A DNA stretch of 64,000 bases from Candidatus Latescibacterota bacterium (GTDB taxonomy: Bacteria; Latescibacterota; UBA2968; UBA8231), in NCBI GenBank assembly GCA_965206595.1, contig OZ242214.1:2688001-2752000 (forward strand). The letters run 5' to 3'. Positions 30,698-40,578 of the stretch are shown here, one piece after another. The notes under the pieces are model-generated. The model was given only the letters and a program-made list of their open reading frames with translations. It did not search any database and was not told the DNA's origin. The translations under genes and the position numbers were made by a program. Position 1 is the stretch's first letter; each line of letters opens with the position of its first letter.

Positions 30698-32059
30698 CTA
30701 GCGGACCAGGCGGCGGAAGGAGTCCTCCTGAAGGCCGGCCTCCAGCAGGCTGTCGATGTCGCCGGTGCGCAGGCCCCCGGCGATGACCTCGAAGGTCTCG
30801 CGCACCCCCGCGGCCGTGGCCGCCACCGCCTCCTCGTCGTGGGCCATGTTGAAGAAGAAACCGGTCGCCAGTATGAGGCCGCGGCGGGCGTTCTCCTGGA
30901 CGAACAGGGTCGACACCTTCTTCGCCAGCTCGGCGTCCTCGATGTTGAAGCGGATGCCCGGGTGAGCGGCGACGCCGGCGCACTCGGCGTCGAGGCCGGC
31001 GTCCCGGGCCGCCTCGTTGATCCGCCCCATCAGGTCGGTGCCGATCTTCTCGAAATACGCTGGAGCGTCGAGTCGCCGCAGCTCCTTCAGGGTGGCGATG
31101 GAGGCGCTGATGCCGACGTTGTCGTCCCAGTAGGCGCTCGAGATGAACATGCCGGCGGCGGCCTGCATCACCTCGCGCCTGCCGACCACCGCCCCCATGG
31201 GGTAGCCGTTGGAGATCGCCTTGGCGAAGGCGGTCAGATCCGGGGTCACCCCGGTGAACTCCTGGACCCCGCCGAGGGAGATGCGCCAGCCGCAGGAGAC
31301 CTCGTCGAAGATGAGGACGACGCCGTAGCGGTTGGCGAGGTCGCGCACCCCTTCGAGGTACCCTTCCGGCGGCAGCTCCGAGCGCATCGGCTCCATGATG
31401 ATGCAGGCCACCTCGCCCTCGTTCTGCTTCAGCAGGTCCTCGAGCATGTCGAGATCGCCGTACTCGAAGGGGATCGAGGTCCCCTCGAGGGCCGCGGGAA
31501 CGCCGACCGGATCGATCCCGGAGAACAGGTGGTCCTGCAGCTTCTCGCGCCCGAGGTTGGCGGCCAGGTACCAGTCGTGCCAGCCGTGGTAGCCGCACAA
31601 CAGCACCTTGTCGCGGCCGCTGGCGCCGCGCGCGATGCGCACCGCCACGGCGCAGGCCTCGCCGCCCCCCTTGCAGTAGCGGACCATCTCCGCGGAGGGG
31701 ACGATGTCGACGAGCAGCTCGGCGAGCTCCACCGAATTCTCGTGGATGATGCTGTAGATCGATCCCCTGTCGATGGCCTCGACGACCGCGGCGTCGACCG
31801 TGGGATTGGCGTACCCGAGGATGATCGGGCCGACGGCGCTGCCCCAGTCGATGTACTCGTTGCCGTCGACGTCGCGGATGCGGCAGCCCTTTGCCTTCTC
31901 GGCGTAGATCGGGCTGACCCCGAAAGCGGCGCGCGAAGGACGCCGGCTGATCAGCTGCGAAATCCCGGGAATCAGCTCGGCGGCGCGCGCGTGGATCTCC
32001 AGCGAGCGGGAAACGCGCGAGGAGGTTTCCGTTGCGGGTGCGGGTGCTGTAGCGGTCAT
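30698..32059 (-). CDS. Class III PLP aminotransferase (GSA-aminomutase-like)
   Basis: DVDGNEYID, YHGW, IFDEV, AFAKAISNGYP. Confidence 0.9.
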   Translation of the reverse strand: MTATAPAPATETSSRVSRSLEIHARAAELIPGISQLISRRPSRAAFGVSPIYAEKAKGCRIRDVDGNEYIDWGSAVGPIILGYANPTVDAAVVEAIDRGSIYSIIHENSVELAELLVDIVPSAEMVRYCKGGGEACAVAVRIARGASGRDKVLLCGYHGWHDWYLAANLGREKLQDHLFSGIDPVGVPAALEGTSIPFEYGDLDMLEDLLKQNEGEVACIIMEPMRSELPPEGYLEGVRDLANRYGVVLIFDEVSCGWRISLGGVQEFTGVTPDLTAFAKAISNGYPMGAVVGRREVMQAAAGMFISSAYWDDNVGISASIATLKELRRLDAPAYFEKIGTDLMGRINEAARDAGLDAECAGVAAHPGIRFNIEDAELAKKVSTLFVQENARRGLILATGFFFNMAHDEEAVAATAAGVRETFEVIAGGLRTGDIDSLLEAGLQEDSFRRLVR

Positions 32060-32084
32060 GACAGTCTCCGTGGTTGCGCCGCGG

Positions 32085-33161
32085 CTAGCGGCGGTACTTC
32101 CTCAGTTTCTCCTCGTCGACGGTTACCCCGAGGCCGGGCTCCATGGGCACGCGGATGCGGCCTCCCTCGAAGCGCAGCGGCTCGACGAGGATGTCGTCGG
32201 TGAGTCCGTGATAGCAGGTGTCGCTGGGGCCGGAAAAGCCCGGCGTGCAGGCGGCGATGTGGGCGACCGCGGCGGTCTTCAGCCCGAAGTCGTGGCCGCA
32301 GTGCATCAGGCAGGGGACGTCCCAGGCCGAGGCGGCCTCGGTCACCTGCTTGACGGCAAGCATGCCCCCGGACGCGGTGGTGTCCGGCATCAGGAAGTCC
32401 GCGGCCCCGGCGCTCACCAGGGGGGTGATGCTGCGCGGATGGGCGACCCCCATGTTGACGAGGATGCCCATGCCGATCTCGCTGCGGAACTTCGCAAGCA
32501 AGGCGGTGTGGCTGGAGTCGCAGGGATCTTCGAAGAAGCGCACCCCGAGGTCGCGCATCCCCCGCATCTGGCGCTCGGCCACGTCCGGGGCGTACCCGGC
32601 GTTGGCGTCGGGGCGCAGCGCCGCCTCCTCGCCGATCTCCTCCTGGATCGCCGCAGCGATGCGCAGGTCCTGCTCCGGGTCGTCGCCCGCCTTGGTCTTG
32701 ATGTAGCGGAACCCCCACTCCTCGATGTAGACGCGGGCGGTCTCCGCCGAGGCGGCCGGCTCCTTGATTCCCATGCAGGCGCAGAAGTCCGCCTCTTCCC
32801 GGACCACCCCGCCGAGCAGGCGGCAGACCGGCAGGCCGGCGCGCTTGCCGAGGGCGTCCCATTGCGCCATCTCGACGGCGGCGATCTCCTGGGCGCCGGC
32901 GCCGGCGCGCCTCAGCTTCGCCACCGCCCCCTGGACATCGGCGGCGTGGTGGCCGGCGAGCACGGCGTTGACGTCGCAGGCGAAGGAGCTGCTCCCCTCT
33001 CCCCAGCCGACCAGACCGTCGTCGGTCTCGAGCCTGGCGATCAGCCCGGTGCCCCCCTCGGTGGCGCGGTATTCGTCGCCGCGGTGCCGCCCGACGTAGG
33101 GGCCGACCGGGGGCCGGTAGGGTATGAACACCTCGGTCAGGGTGATTCGCGCTATCAGCAT
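32085..33161 (-). CDS. Mandelate racemase/muconate lactonizing enzyme family protein
   Basis: TDDGLVGWGE, KTK, PDAN, FEDP, PGLGV. Confidence 0.88.
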   Translation of the reverse strand: MLIARITLTEVFIPYRPPVGPYVGRHRGDEYRATEGGTGLIARLETDDGLVGWGEGSSSFACDVNAVLAGHHAADVQGAVAKLRRAGAGAQEIAAVEMAQWDALGKRAGLPVCRLLGGVVREEADFCACMGIKEPAASAETARVYIEEWGFRYIKTKAGDDPEQDLRIAAAIQEEIGEEAALRPDANAGYAPDVAERQMRGMRDLGVRFFEDPCDSSHTALLAKFRSEIGMGILVNMGVAHPRSITPLVSAGAADFLMPDTTASGGMLAVKQVTEAASAWDVPCLMHCGHDFGLKTAAVAHIAACTPGFSGPSDTCYHGLTDDILVEPLRFEGGRIRVPMEPGLGVTVDEEKLRKYRR

Positions 33162-33208
33162 TCGTTTTCCTCGAGTCCCGGTTCAGGCAGTTCCGCCGCG
33201 GGCCCGGT

Positions 33209-34384
33209 TCAGGCAAGCCCGCAGTAGAGGGCGGCAGCGGCCGCGTACACCCTGGCGGCGTCGGCGAGCCGCCGCACCGACACCCACTCGACGTCGGCGT
33301 GGGCGGTCTCGTTGGAGGGCCCGTAGTAGAAAGTCGGTATTCCGCTGCCGGCGACATAGAGGTTGGCGTCGCCGACGACGCGCCGTCCCACCAGCTCCGC
33401 GGCGCTTCCGGTCACCCGCCGATGGGCTTCGGCCACCGCAGCGACCGCGGGGTCGTCCCCGGGGGTCTCGAACGGTTCCCGCTGGTGCTCCATGGTCACA
33501 CTCAGCTCCAGGTCGCCCGCCTCGGCGTACGGCCGCGCCAACGCTTCCAGCTCGGCCAGCACCTCGGCGGCGCCGCGACCGCTCATCCAGCGGCGGGTCC
33601 CGGTCAGGCGGCAGCGCAGCGGCGTGCGGTTGAAGTAGTCCCCGGCCGCGGCGATGCCGAGGTCGATGCGCTCGCTGCCGGCCAGGGGATGGGTGCGGCC
33701 GCGGTCGAGCTCCTGCTGCAGCCGTTCGACGGCGACGATCAGCTCCCCCATGTGGCGGATCGGGTTGTCGGCGAAGTCGACGTACTGGGTGTGCCTGCCG
33801 CCGAGGGCGGAGGACAGCTCGATGGTGAACACCATGGAGCCCATGCTCATCACCCAGAGCTCGTCGGAGCCCTCGACGATGAGGATGCGGTCTCCCGAAA
33901 TGCGGCCTTCGTTGAGGTCGTCGATGAATGCCCGCGGCCCGTCCTTGCCCGCCTCCGGCTCCTCGTGGCCGACCACGGCGCTCAGCACCACGTCTCCGGC
34001 GAGCGCCGCCCCGGAGTCGCGCAGGGCCTTCACCGCCCCGAGCATGGCCGCCATCCCCCCCTTCATGTCGGTGGTGCCGCGGCCGTACATGCGGTCCCCC
34101 TCGAGCCGGCACGGGGGGCAGTCGCCGATGGCGATGGTGTCGAGGTGGCCGTTGAAGACCAGGGCCGGCCCGCCGCCAGTGCCGGGAATGCGCGCGTACA
34201 GGTTGTTGCGCCCCGGGGTGACCTCGCGCACGTCGACGTCGAGCCCGAGGCCCCGCATCTGCCGCTCGAACAGGGCGCAGACCTCCGCTTCGTTCAGGGT
34301 CTCGCTCTCGACCTCGACCAGCTCGCGGGTGCGCTCGACGATCCAGTTTTCGTCGACCGCGTAGACCAGGGTGTCGATGCCCAT
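33209..34384 (-). CDS. M20 metallopeptidase / ArgE-DapE family deacylase
   Basis: NGHLDT, GRGTTDMKGG, HEE, AHADVE. Confidence 0.9.
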   Translation of the reverse strand: MGIDTLVYAVDENWIVERTRELVEVESETLNEAEVCALFERQMRGLGLDVDVREVTPGRNNLYARIPGTGGGPALVFNGHLDTIAIGDCPPCRLEGDRMYGRGTTDMKGGMAAMLGAVKALRDSGAALAGDVVLSAVVGHEEPEAGKDGPRAFIDDLNEGRISGDRILIVEGSDELWVMSMGSMVFTIELSSALGGRHTQYVDFADNPIRHMGELIVAVERLQQELDRGRTHPLAGSERIDLGIAAAGDYFNRTPLRCRLTGTRRWMSGRGAAEVLAELEALARPYAEAGDLELSVTMEHQREPFETPGDDPAVAAVAEAHRRVTGSAAELVGRRVVGDANLYVAGSGIPTFYYGPSNETAHADVEWVSVRRLADAARVYAAAAALYCGLA

Positions 34385-34387
34385 CTT

Positions 34388-35323
34388 TCAGCTTCCTCCG
34401 TTGCGTTCGATACCAAGCAGGGCCTCGACCTCCGTGCCCGGGGGGATCTGGGCGGCCGGGTGCCGGACGACGTTGGCCCCGGCGATGCAGGCCGCCTCCA
34501 GGCAGCGCTCCGGCGCCGCCCCGAGCAGGATGCCGGCGGCGAGCACGCCGCTGAAGGCGTCCCCGGCGCCGACGACGTCGGCGACCTCGATCTCGAGGCC
34601 CGGGTGGGAGTGCACTTCGCCGGCGGCGTACAGGTCCGCGCCGCGTTCCCCCTTGGTCAGGGCGACCATCTCCAGACCGTAGCGTTCCATCAGGCCCGGC
34701 ACCGTCCCGACTCCCGCAAGGCCGGCGACGATTTCGAACTCCTCGTCGGTAAACTTCAGGATCGTCGTTTCCCGCAGCAGCGGCTCGAGCAGGTCGCCGG
34801 TGTAGTAGCCCTCGCGCAGGTTGACGTCGTAGAAGCGGTGGCGCGGCCCCAGGGCGAGGAGCTTTCCGAGGGCGCGGCGGTTCGCCTCCCGGCGCTGGGC
34901 CACGGTGCCGAAGTAGACCAGCTCCGGCACCGGGTCCGGGATGCGCGCCAGCTCGATGTGGTCCCAGGCGGAGTCGTTGATGCGGAACTGCGGCTCCCCG
35001 TCGACGATGCGGACGTCGACCGTGCCGGTCGGCTCGGGGCGCTCGATGATCCAGGAGGTGTCGACCCCGGCCGCGGCGAGGAACTCCCTGATCTCTGCGC
35101 CCAGCTCGTCGGGTCCGACGGCGCTGACGATGGCGGTCGGGAGGCCGAGGGTGCCTAGGTACCAGGCGACGTTGAGCGAGCCGCCGCCGATGGCCCGGTG
35201 GTCCTCGAAGAAGTCGACGAGGGTCTCGCCGAAGGAAAAGGCGATGGGCGCGGGAGCGGGATCAGAACCCTCGTTGGTAATCAGCTCTTTTGTCAATGGG
35301 CAGCAACTCTGCTCCCAATACAT
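34388..35323 (-). CDS. PfkB family carbohydrate kinase (start uncertain)
   Basis: FGETLVD, GGGSLNVA, DVNLR, DVVGAGDAF. Confidence 0.88.
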   Translation of the reverse strand: MYWEQSCCPLTKELITNEGSDPAPAPIAFSFGETLVDFFEDHRAIGGGSLNVAWYLGTLGLPTAIVSAVGPDELGAEIREFLAAAGVDTSWIIERPEPTGTVDVRIVDGEPQFRINDSAWDHIELARIPDPVPELVYFGTVAQRREANRRALGKLLALGPRHRFYDVNLREGYYTGDLLEPLLRETTILKFTDEEFEIVAGLAGVGTVPGLMERYGLEMVALTKGERGADLYAAGEVHSHPGLEIEVADVVGAGDAFSGVLAAGILLGAAPERCLEAACIAGANVVRHPAAQIPPGTEVEALLGIERNGGS

Positions 35324-35350
35324 GGACGGAGATCGGGAGACAGACAGCTT

Positions 35351-36217
35351 TCAATTCGCTGAAAGGTAAAGATTCGCGACTCGATCTGCCTTTTCCTCAA
35401 TGGATTCCAGGAACACCTTCCTTGCTACAGCACTCCCAGCGTATCCATATCCACCAGTCTGCCACAACGTTACAACGCGCTTCAGTGGCCGATCTTTTCG
35501 ATGAATAACAAGAGTCTCACGGAGCTCTACGCTGATTGAGAAAGTCGCTGTCAGATCGTCCTCCCATAGCGCTTCGAGGGAAAGAAAGAGATAGTAGTTG
35601 GACGAATCCGACAATGGAATTCCATTTCGCCTCAGGTTCAGCTCAAACCTGTCCTTGGCATGTTGTTCGGAAAGTATGTTCTCAACTCCATCATTCACTG
35701 CAACTATTACTTGCATACTGTCCAGACCTGAGAAGCAAGTCTGGTCCTCGGCGAAAGGGACAATTTCGGGGAATTCGATTCGCCAAACTACAGAATCCGC
35801 GTGTGCTATTTTCCCGAGGTAATTAATTGATCCTAAAGCATGTGGGACGTGTTCGATATAGTCAAATTCGAAATTAATAAATTTACTAATTTCTGGTCGA
35901 ATAAATTTGATATAATCGGTGGATGATTTCCGTCGGAATATGATATAGTTGAAGCTGCCAGATTTCACCATTTCCAAATCAGTTTGTTCAGATTTTTCGC
36001 GAGATTCCCAACCAAATTTGTCTCCAATTTGATTAATTACACAAGTGAATTCTTCGACTTTCTCTGGAGAAAGCTCTTCTCTACTATCCACCCCTAAAAA
36101 ATTCGTATTCACCTTCACTTCCGGATGTCCTACAAATACGACCACCTCTTCCTGCGAAAAAACCGTAGAGGGAAGGAATATCAAGATTGCAATGATTTTT
36201 AGTCGATCACGATACAT
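35351..36217 (-). CDS. Secreted hypothetical protein, visibly low GC
   Basis: Signal-peptide-like N-terminus, AAGGAG RBS, AT-rich relative to flanks. Confidence 0.75.
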   Translation of the reverse strand: MYRDRLKIIAILIFLPSTVFSQEEVVVFVGHPEVKVNTNFLGVDSREELSPEKVEEFTCVINQIGDKFGWESREKSEQTDLEMVKSGSFNYIIFRRKSSTDYIKFIRPEISKFINFEFDYIEHVPHALGSINYLGKIAHADSVVWRIEFPEIVPFAEDQTCFSGLDSMQVIVAVNDGVENILSEQHAKDRFELNLRRNGIPLSDSSNYYLFLSLEALWEDDLTATFSISVELRETLVIHRKDRPLKRVVTLWQTGGYGYAGSAVARKVFLESIEEKADRVANLYLSAN

Positions 36218-36242
36218 GACAATCTCCTTCGACTAGTGCCAA

Positions 36243-36480
36243 CTACGTCTCTCTAAAGTAGTAGCCCATGAGCTCGCAGGCCCTGCTGACGTTGTTGATT
36301 TCCTGGGCCAGCTGTAGCAGGCTAGAGCTTCCCTTCGTGCTACCTTCTTGGTGGTGGTCATTTCTGCCTCCTTGGGTTGGAAGGTGCTTGGTCGTTCCTT
36401 CGTTAAATTCCCAAGCAGGGGCGGGTTTGACCACCGCTTTTTTCAATGGTCAACTGTCAGGCGAATACCATCACAGGACA
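36243..36480 (-). mobile_element. IS481-family left-end remnant
   Basis: End TGTCCTGTGATGGTATTCGCCTGACA, then frameshifted MTTTKKVARR / SLLQLAQEINNVSRACELMGY, then truncated. Confidence 0.75.
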
Positions 36481-36522
36481 GACTGGGCAATGGTTTATGT
36501 TATCAAGTACTTCGACGAGGGC

Positions 36523-36798
36523 CTACGTCCTCTCCGTAAGCCTGCCGGACAGGTATTTATGGATTACGCTCGACAACAGCGTCTGATACGGGATGCCCTC
36601 CTCCCGGGCTCTCGCATGGGCGAGATTGAAGTCGCGTTCGGTTACCCGCAGGTTGACCCGTCGAGTCTTGTTGAAGGTGTTTCGGGCAGCTTGACGTGCT
36701 GTCTCCATCTCAGCTTCAGCACCACCGCCGCGGCGCAGCTCGCCTCGCTCGAACTGCTCCAGGATCTCCTGCTCTTCGGTGTTCAGTTGGCCGCTCAA
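36523..36798 (-). CDS. Antitoxin, CopG/BrnA-like
   Basis: KTRRVNLRV...AREEGIPYQTLLSSVIHKY; overlaps the toxin stop. Confidence 0.85.
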   Translation of the reverse strand: MSGQLNTEEQEILEQFERGELRRGGGAEAEMETARQAARNTFNKTRRVNLRVTERDFNLAHARAREEGIPYQTLLSSVIHKYLSGRLTERT

Positions 36799-37097
36799 GA
36801 TGATCGCCTCCTCTGATAGTCGCGCGTCGCCTTCCGGCTGGGGATGATCGTTTTGAGGAACCTCGTGCCATCAGCGCCAATCACGAACGGCACGAGGTGG
36901 AGGTACCGTTCGATGTCCACGACGTAGATCATCTGTCCTGGATACCGCTCCTGATCGGGGTGTTCCAACGCGTTCACGAGACCACCACGCTCGATTGCAG
37001 AGACGACGCGCTCGAATGAGACTCCCCGCTGCTCAGCGAGTTGTCGGTTCTTCTCCAGGTTCCAATCGAAGCCGGCAGTCACGTTTCCGATCTTCAT
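36795..37097 (-). CDS. BrnT-like toxin (start uncertain, 37082 or 37097)
   Basis: FDWNLEKN, RGVSFE, KTIIPSRKAT. Confidence 0.85.
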   Translation of the reverse strand: MKIGNVTAGFDWNLEKNRQLAEQRGVSFERVVSAIERGGLVNALEHPDQERYPGQMIYVVDIERYLHLVPFVIGADGTRFLKTIIPSRKATRDYQRRRSS

Positions 37098-37303
37098 CCA
37101 TTGTGTGCATTTTGTCAACAATCTTGGGCCCCCGATGCCCCAATCCCAACCGGTCATCCCCGAGGTGATTCACATTATGCATTATCATTCAGCCGGAACA
37201 CCGGCCGGTCATCGACCGGAATTGAACTCCGCCCGGAACTATCCGGGCTCAAGACAGGGGATCGCGCCATCGTCAACCCCATGGCCGGTAGAGGAGACGT
37301 TCC

Positions 37304-38104
37304 ATGTCAGATGAGAGCGGAGCGAAATCCGCGGAGACCGTTCAACAACAGGTCAACGTTTATGCTCCGACGTGTCTCGATATCTGGCTGAACGAGCCCA
37401 GGAACGCCCCCGAAAGCAGGGCGCCCGCCAACCTCCTGCGCCTGTGGTTTCCCGAGTCGATCAACGCCTATGACTCCAGTGACAATCCGCTTTGGGAGTA
37501 CACGTTCGAAACGCGGAGGGCTTCGTGGCGCTACGTGAACGAGTCCATCAGCGACATGAAGAGCGGGCGGGCGATCCGAAAAGCTCTCGAAAGCGTCGAT
37601 ACCGTCGAGGGACTTGCCCTTGTCGCCTGCAAAGCCCGGTGGCGGGAAACCGATATCGACCTCACCCTGAGGATCACCAATGCCGGTCCGATAGCATGGT
37701 CGCGCCTGGAAACCAGCATCTGCCTCCAGCGCCCGGCGGCACCGGACTACCTGGACGAAGAGGATACCCGGACGTATCTGGTCAGCCGAGGGGTTCGTCG
37801 CCAGTGCCGAGCTCGCGTTCCCCCCGCGCCGCAGGGAGCCGGGCGCCGATTGGTGGCTCCGGCCCTTTTCGTGGTTTCAAAAGACGAGCGCTATGTGCTC
37901 GGGTATGCCTGGCAGCAGGCGCGGCGGCTTTTTCTCAACCGGGTCGGATGCGTCAGATGCCTTCATTCCGACCCCGAATTCGGGCATTCCGAGCCTCAGC
38001 AGCAGGACCAGCGACAGGGTATCGTATTCGTGAATGAGGGGACGCTCGAAGATGCGTACCGGCGCTACTGCGCGTGGAACGACAGGAACGACCCGCCGAC
38101 ATAA
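37304..38104 (+). CDS. Hypothetical protein (possibly degenerate in the middle)
   Basis: GAGGAG RBS, 266-aa ORF, CLHSDP motif; low-complexity stretch at RRQCRARVPP. Confidence 0.55.
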   Translation: MSDESGAKSAETVQQQVNVYAPTCLDIWLNEPRNAPESRAPANLLRLWFPESINAYDSSDNPLWEYTFETRRASWRYVNESISDMKSGRAIRKALESVDTVEGLALVACKARWRETDIDLTLRITNAGPIAWSRLETSICLQRPAAPDYLDEEDTRTYLVSRGVRRQCRARVPPAPQGAGRRLVAPALFVVSKDERYVLGYAWQQARRLFLNRVGCVRCLHSDPEFGHSEPQQQDQRQGIVFVNEGTLEDAYRRYCAWNDRNDPPT

Positions 38105-38121
38105 GAGTGGAGGAACAAGCT

Positions 38122-39546
38122 ATGGCAGACGAACGGCTGGCGTACGAACCGGCGACGGAGTTGCTCGAGCTGATCGCGACGAAACAGGTCTCTCCCGTGG
38201 AGCTGGCGGAAATGTTTTTCGACCGTATCGCCCGCCTCGACCCGCAGATCGATTCCTTCCTGCTGCTGACTCGGGACCTGGCCTTGGAGCAGGCGCAAGC
38301 GGCGGAGGACGCCGTGATGCGGGGCGACAAGCTCGGCGCCCTGCACGGCCTGCCCCTGCCCATCAAGGACACGCAGATGACCGCGGGCGTGCGGACGACC
38401 TTGGGGTCCGTCGTGCACGAGGACCGGGTACCCGAGCGCAACGCCGCCGTCGTCGAGCGTGTCCTGAACGCCGGGGCGGTGATGCTCGGCAAGACCAACG
38501 TGTCGGAGTTCGGCATGGTGGGCGCGTGCGAAAACTCCCTGGGGGTGCTGGGACGCAACCCGTGGGATACGGACCGGACGCCCGGAGGGTCGAGCGGCGG
38601 AGCCGCGGCGGCGGTGGCGGCGCACCTGTGCCCGGTGGCAACCGGAAGCGACGGCGGTGGATCGCTGCGGATACCCGCCAACTTCTGCGGCATCTACGCC
38701 ATCAAGCCGACGCAGGGCCGAGTATCCGGTTACACCGGACTCGGCGGGCCTCCGCTGCCGAACATCTTTTCACAGCCCGGCCCGTTGGCGCGGACGGTTC
38801 GCGACGCCGCGCTGCTGCTCCAGGTCATGGCGGGCTTCGACCGCCGCGACCATGCTTCCATCCGGCAGACTCCGCCCGACTTCATGGCGGCGACGGAGCG
38901 GGATATCGACGGCCTGCGCATCGGTTGGAGCGCCGATTTCGGCTTCGCCCCGGTCTTTCCCGAGGTCGTCGACGTCACCTGCAAGGCCGCGATGGTCTTC
39001 GAGGAGCTGGGCTGCACGGTCGAGGAAGTGAACATGGTGCTCCCCGAGCCGTACGACTCGTTCGGTCCCATCCAGGCCGCGGGTTCGTACAACGGCCTTG
39101 CGCAGTACCTCGAAGAGTACGGCGACCGGATGACGGAGTTCGCCCGCTTCTACATCGAGATGGGGTCCCGGGTCACGGCCGGTGACTACATGCGCGCCGA
39201 GGGGCGCATTGCCGAGTTGAAGGCTGCGTTCGACGACGCGTTCGAGACGTGCGATCTCATCATGTCGCCCGTGTCCTGCTTCCCCGCCTTCCCGAACGAG
39301 ACCTTCCCGGGCAGCATCACCGGGAGTTCGTCCTATCCCGTGCAGTACTGGAACGGGACGTTGACGATGCACGCCAATGCCACCGGCCACCCGGCCGCGT
39401 CCGTACCCGCGGGGTTCTCACCGGAGGGCCTGCCTGTCGGCCTTCAGATTATCGGGCGGAAGTGTGACGAAGAGACGGTGCTCGCCGCATCCGCGGCGTT
39501 CGAGCGCGCCCGTCCGTGGAGCGGGCGCAGGCCGCCCGTGTCCTGA
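38122..39546 (+). CDS. Amidase signature family protein
   Basis: IKD, GKTN, GGSSGG, GSDGGGSLRIPA. Confidence 0.92.
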   Translation: MADERLAYEPATELLELIATKQVSPVELAEMFFDRIARLDPQIDSFLLLTRDLALEQAQAAEDAVMRGDKLGALHGLPLPIKDTQMTAGVRTTLGSVVHEDRVPERNAAVVERVLNAGAVMLGKTNVSEFGMVGACENSLGVLGRNPWDTDRTPGGSSGGAAAAVAAHLCPVATGSDGGGSLRIPANFCGIYAIKPTQGRVSGYTGLGGPPLPNIFSQPGPLARTVRDAALLLQVMAGFDRRDHASIRQTPPDFMAATERDIDGLRIGWSADFGFAPVFPEVVDVTCKAAMVFEELGCTVEEVNMVLPEPYDSFGPIQAAGSYNGLAQYLEEYGDRMTEFARFYIEMGSRVTAGDYMRAEGRIAELKAAFDDAFETCDLIMSPVSCFPAFPNETFPGSITGSSSYPVQYWNGTLTMHANATGHPAASVPAGFSPEGLPVGLQIIGRKCDEETVLAASAAFERARPWSGRRPPVS

Positions 39547-39598
39547 GGCGTCGATTCTCGGCCAGGATACTACCCCTTACCCTGCGAGCTGCTGACCT

Positions 39599-39669
39599 TC
39601 ACCCCGCGGCCGCCTGCTCGTAGGCGAGGCCGAACACCGTATCCGCCATCCAGCGTTTGAAGCCGGGGT
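39599..39669 (-). repeat. Leftover copy of hsdR 3' end (matches 41066-41136)
   Basis: 67/71 nt identical including the stop codon; all four differences are synonymous. Confidence 0.92.
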
Positions 39670-39693
39670 AGCGATTTCCATTGGTTGGCAGTT

Positions 39694-39999
39694 TTACCAT
39701 TGCGCTCGTACCGCGGCTTGGTACGCCGTGTCGTGAGGTCCGACCGCTATTGCCTTTCCCATGCCGCTTTCCAACACCATGAAGACGAAGCGAAAACTTC
39801 GGCTCAGACGAACAGAGTACAGGCTTTTTCCGATTCGCAGTCGCTCCAGGTTTCTACCGGGAGCCAATTCGCCAGCGCATAGTTCGTCGATAACCCGCTC
39901 CAACTCATCCTTCATCCTTTGATCCAGACGATTGACCGTCCTGGCGAACTTCCGACTCGGCGTTTCGAAGCCGGCAATTCGCACCAGTCGCCCGGACAT
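39694..39999 (-). CDS. RelE/ParE-like toxin
   Basis: SRKFAR, LERLR, YSVRLSRSFRFVF, AVGPHD. Confidence 0.7.
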   Translation of the reverse strand: MSGRLVRIAGFETPSRKFARTVNRLDQRMKDELERVIDELCAGELAPGRNLERLRIGKSLYSVRLSRSFRFVFMVLESGMGKAIAVGPHDTAYQAAVRAQW

Positions 40000-40002
40000 G
40001 GA

Positions 40003-40578
40003 CTAAGGATTTTCCAGAGACGCCATAAATCCTGCTCCGCTAGTGCATGTCCCCCCTGGGCTCGAAGCGAGTGCCCCGTCGTGGATCATTATGGTCCAGC
40101 GAAGCTCTTGGAACGACGCCACGAGATCTTCGAACAGCTTGTCGAGACGTTCCAATTCTTCGAAGACCTCGGCTCCAAATGCGTCCCGCCCCCCCTTCCT
40201 CTGCAATGCCTCCCGGATCTCTCGCAGTCCTTCTCTTTCCTTGCGGAAGTATTCCTCGCTTTGCTCCAGCGCTGGTACGGCTATGTCGTCCGGGTCCATC
40301 TCAAGGCCTGCAGGGAATTCTTCCGCCGCTCTTTGGAGGCGCCCCTGAAAGACGGTACAGATATCCACAATGGCATCGTGGCGTTGACGAAAACTCTCGG
40401 TCAGTAACTTCATTGCCCCCTGAAACTTGACCCTGTTCCGGTTCGCGAGCAGGTCTGCAAGCCATTCCCCGGTCAGCACCTCCGACTGTTCCAAAGGCTG
40501 GGCACACCAAGTCAACGTCCCGGCGACGTTGCGGACCGTCTCCCCGCTGAATTCAGCTGTTTTTTCTTGAGTGACCAT
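40003..40578 (-). CDS. Hypothetical helical protein, putative antitoxin
   Basis: Ends 3 nt before the RelE-like gene; acidic and helical; GAGG RBS. Confidence 0.55.
   Translation of the reverse strand: MVTQEKTAEFSGETVRNVAGTLTWCAQPLEQSEVLTGEWLADLLANRNRVKFQGAMKLLTESFRQRHDAIVDICTVFQGRLQRAAEEFPAGLEMDPDDIAVPALEQSEEYFRKEREGLREIREALQRKGGRDAFGAEVFEELERLDKLFEDLVASFQELRWTIMIHDGALASSPGGTCTSGAGFMASLENP

Noticed and set aside
30698-32059. Calling this hemL
   Set aside because: Only family-level similarity, and the context is catabolic rather than tetrapyrrole synthesis.
13955-35158. Long plus-strand ORFs (13955..16783, 22502..25393, 27359..30370, 33299..35158; also 41345..43843)
   Set aside because: Antisense shadows of motif-bearing minus-strand genes, as expected at high GC3.
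38122-39546. Calling this gatA
   Set aside because: No gatB/gatC neighbours and no GatA-specific motifs recognised; generic amidase.
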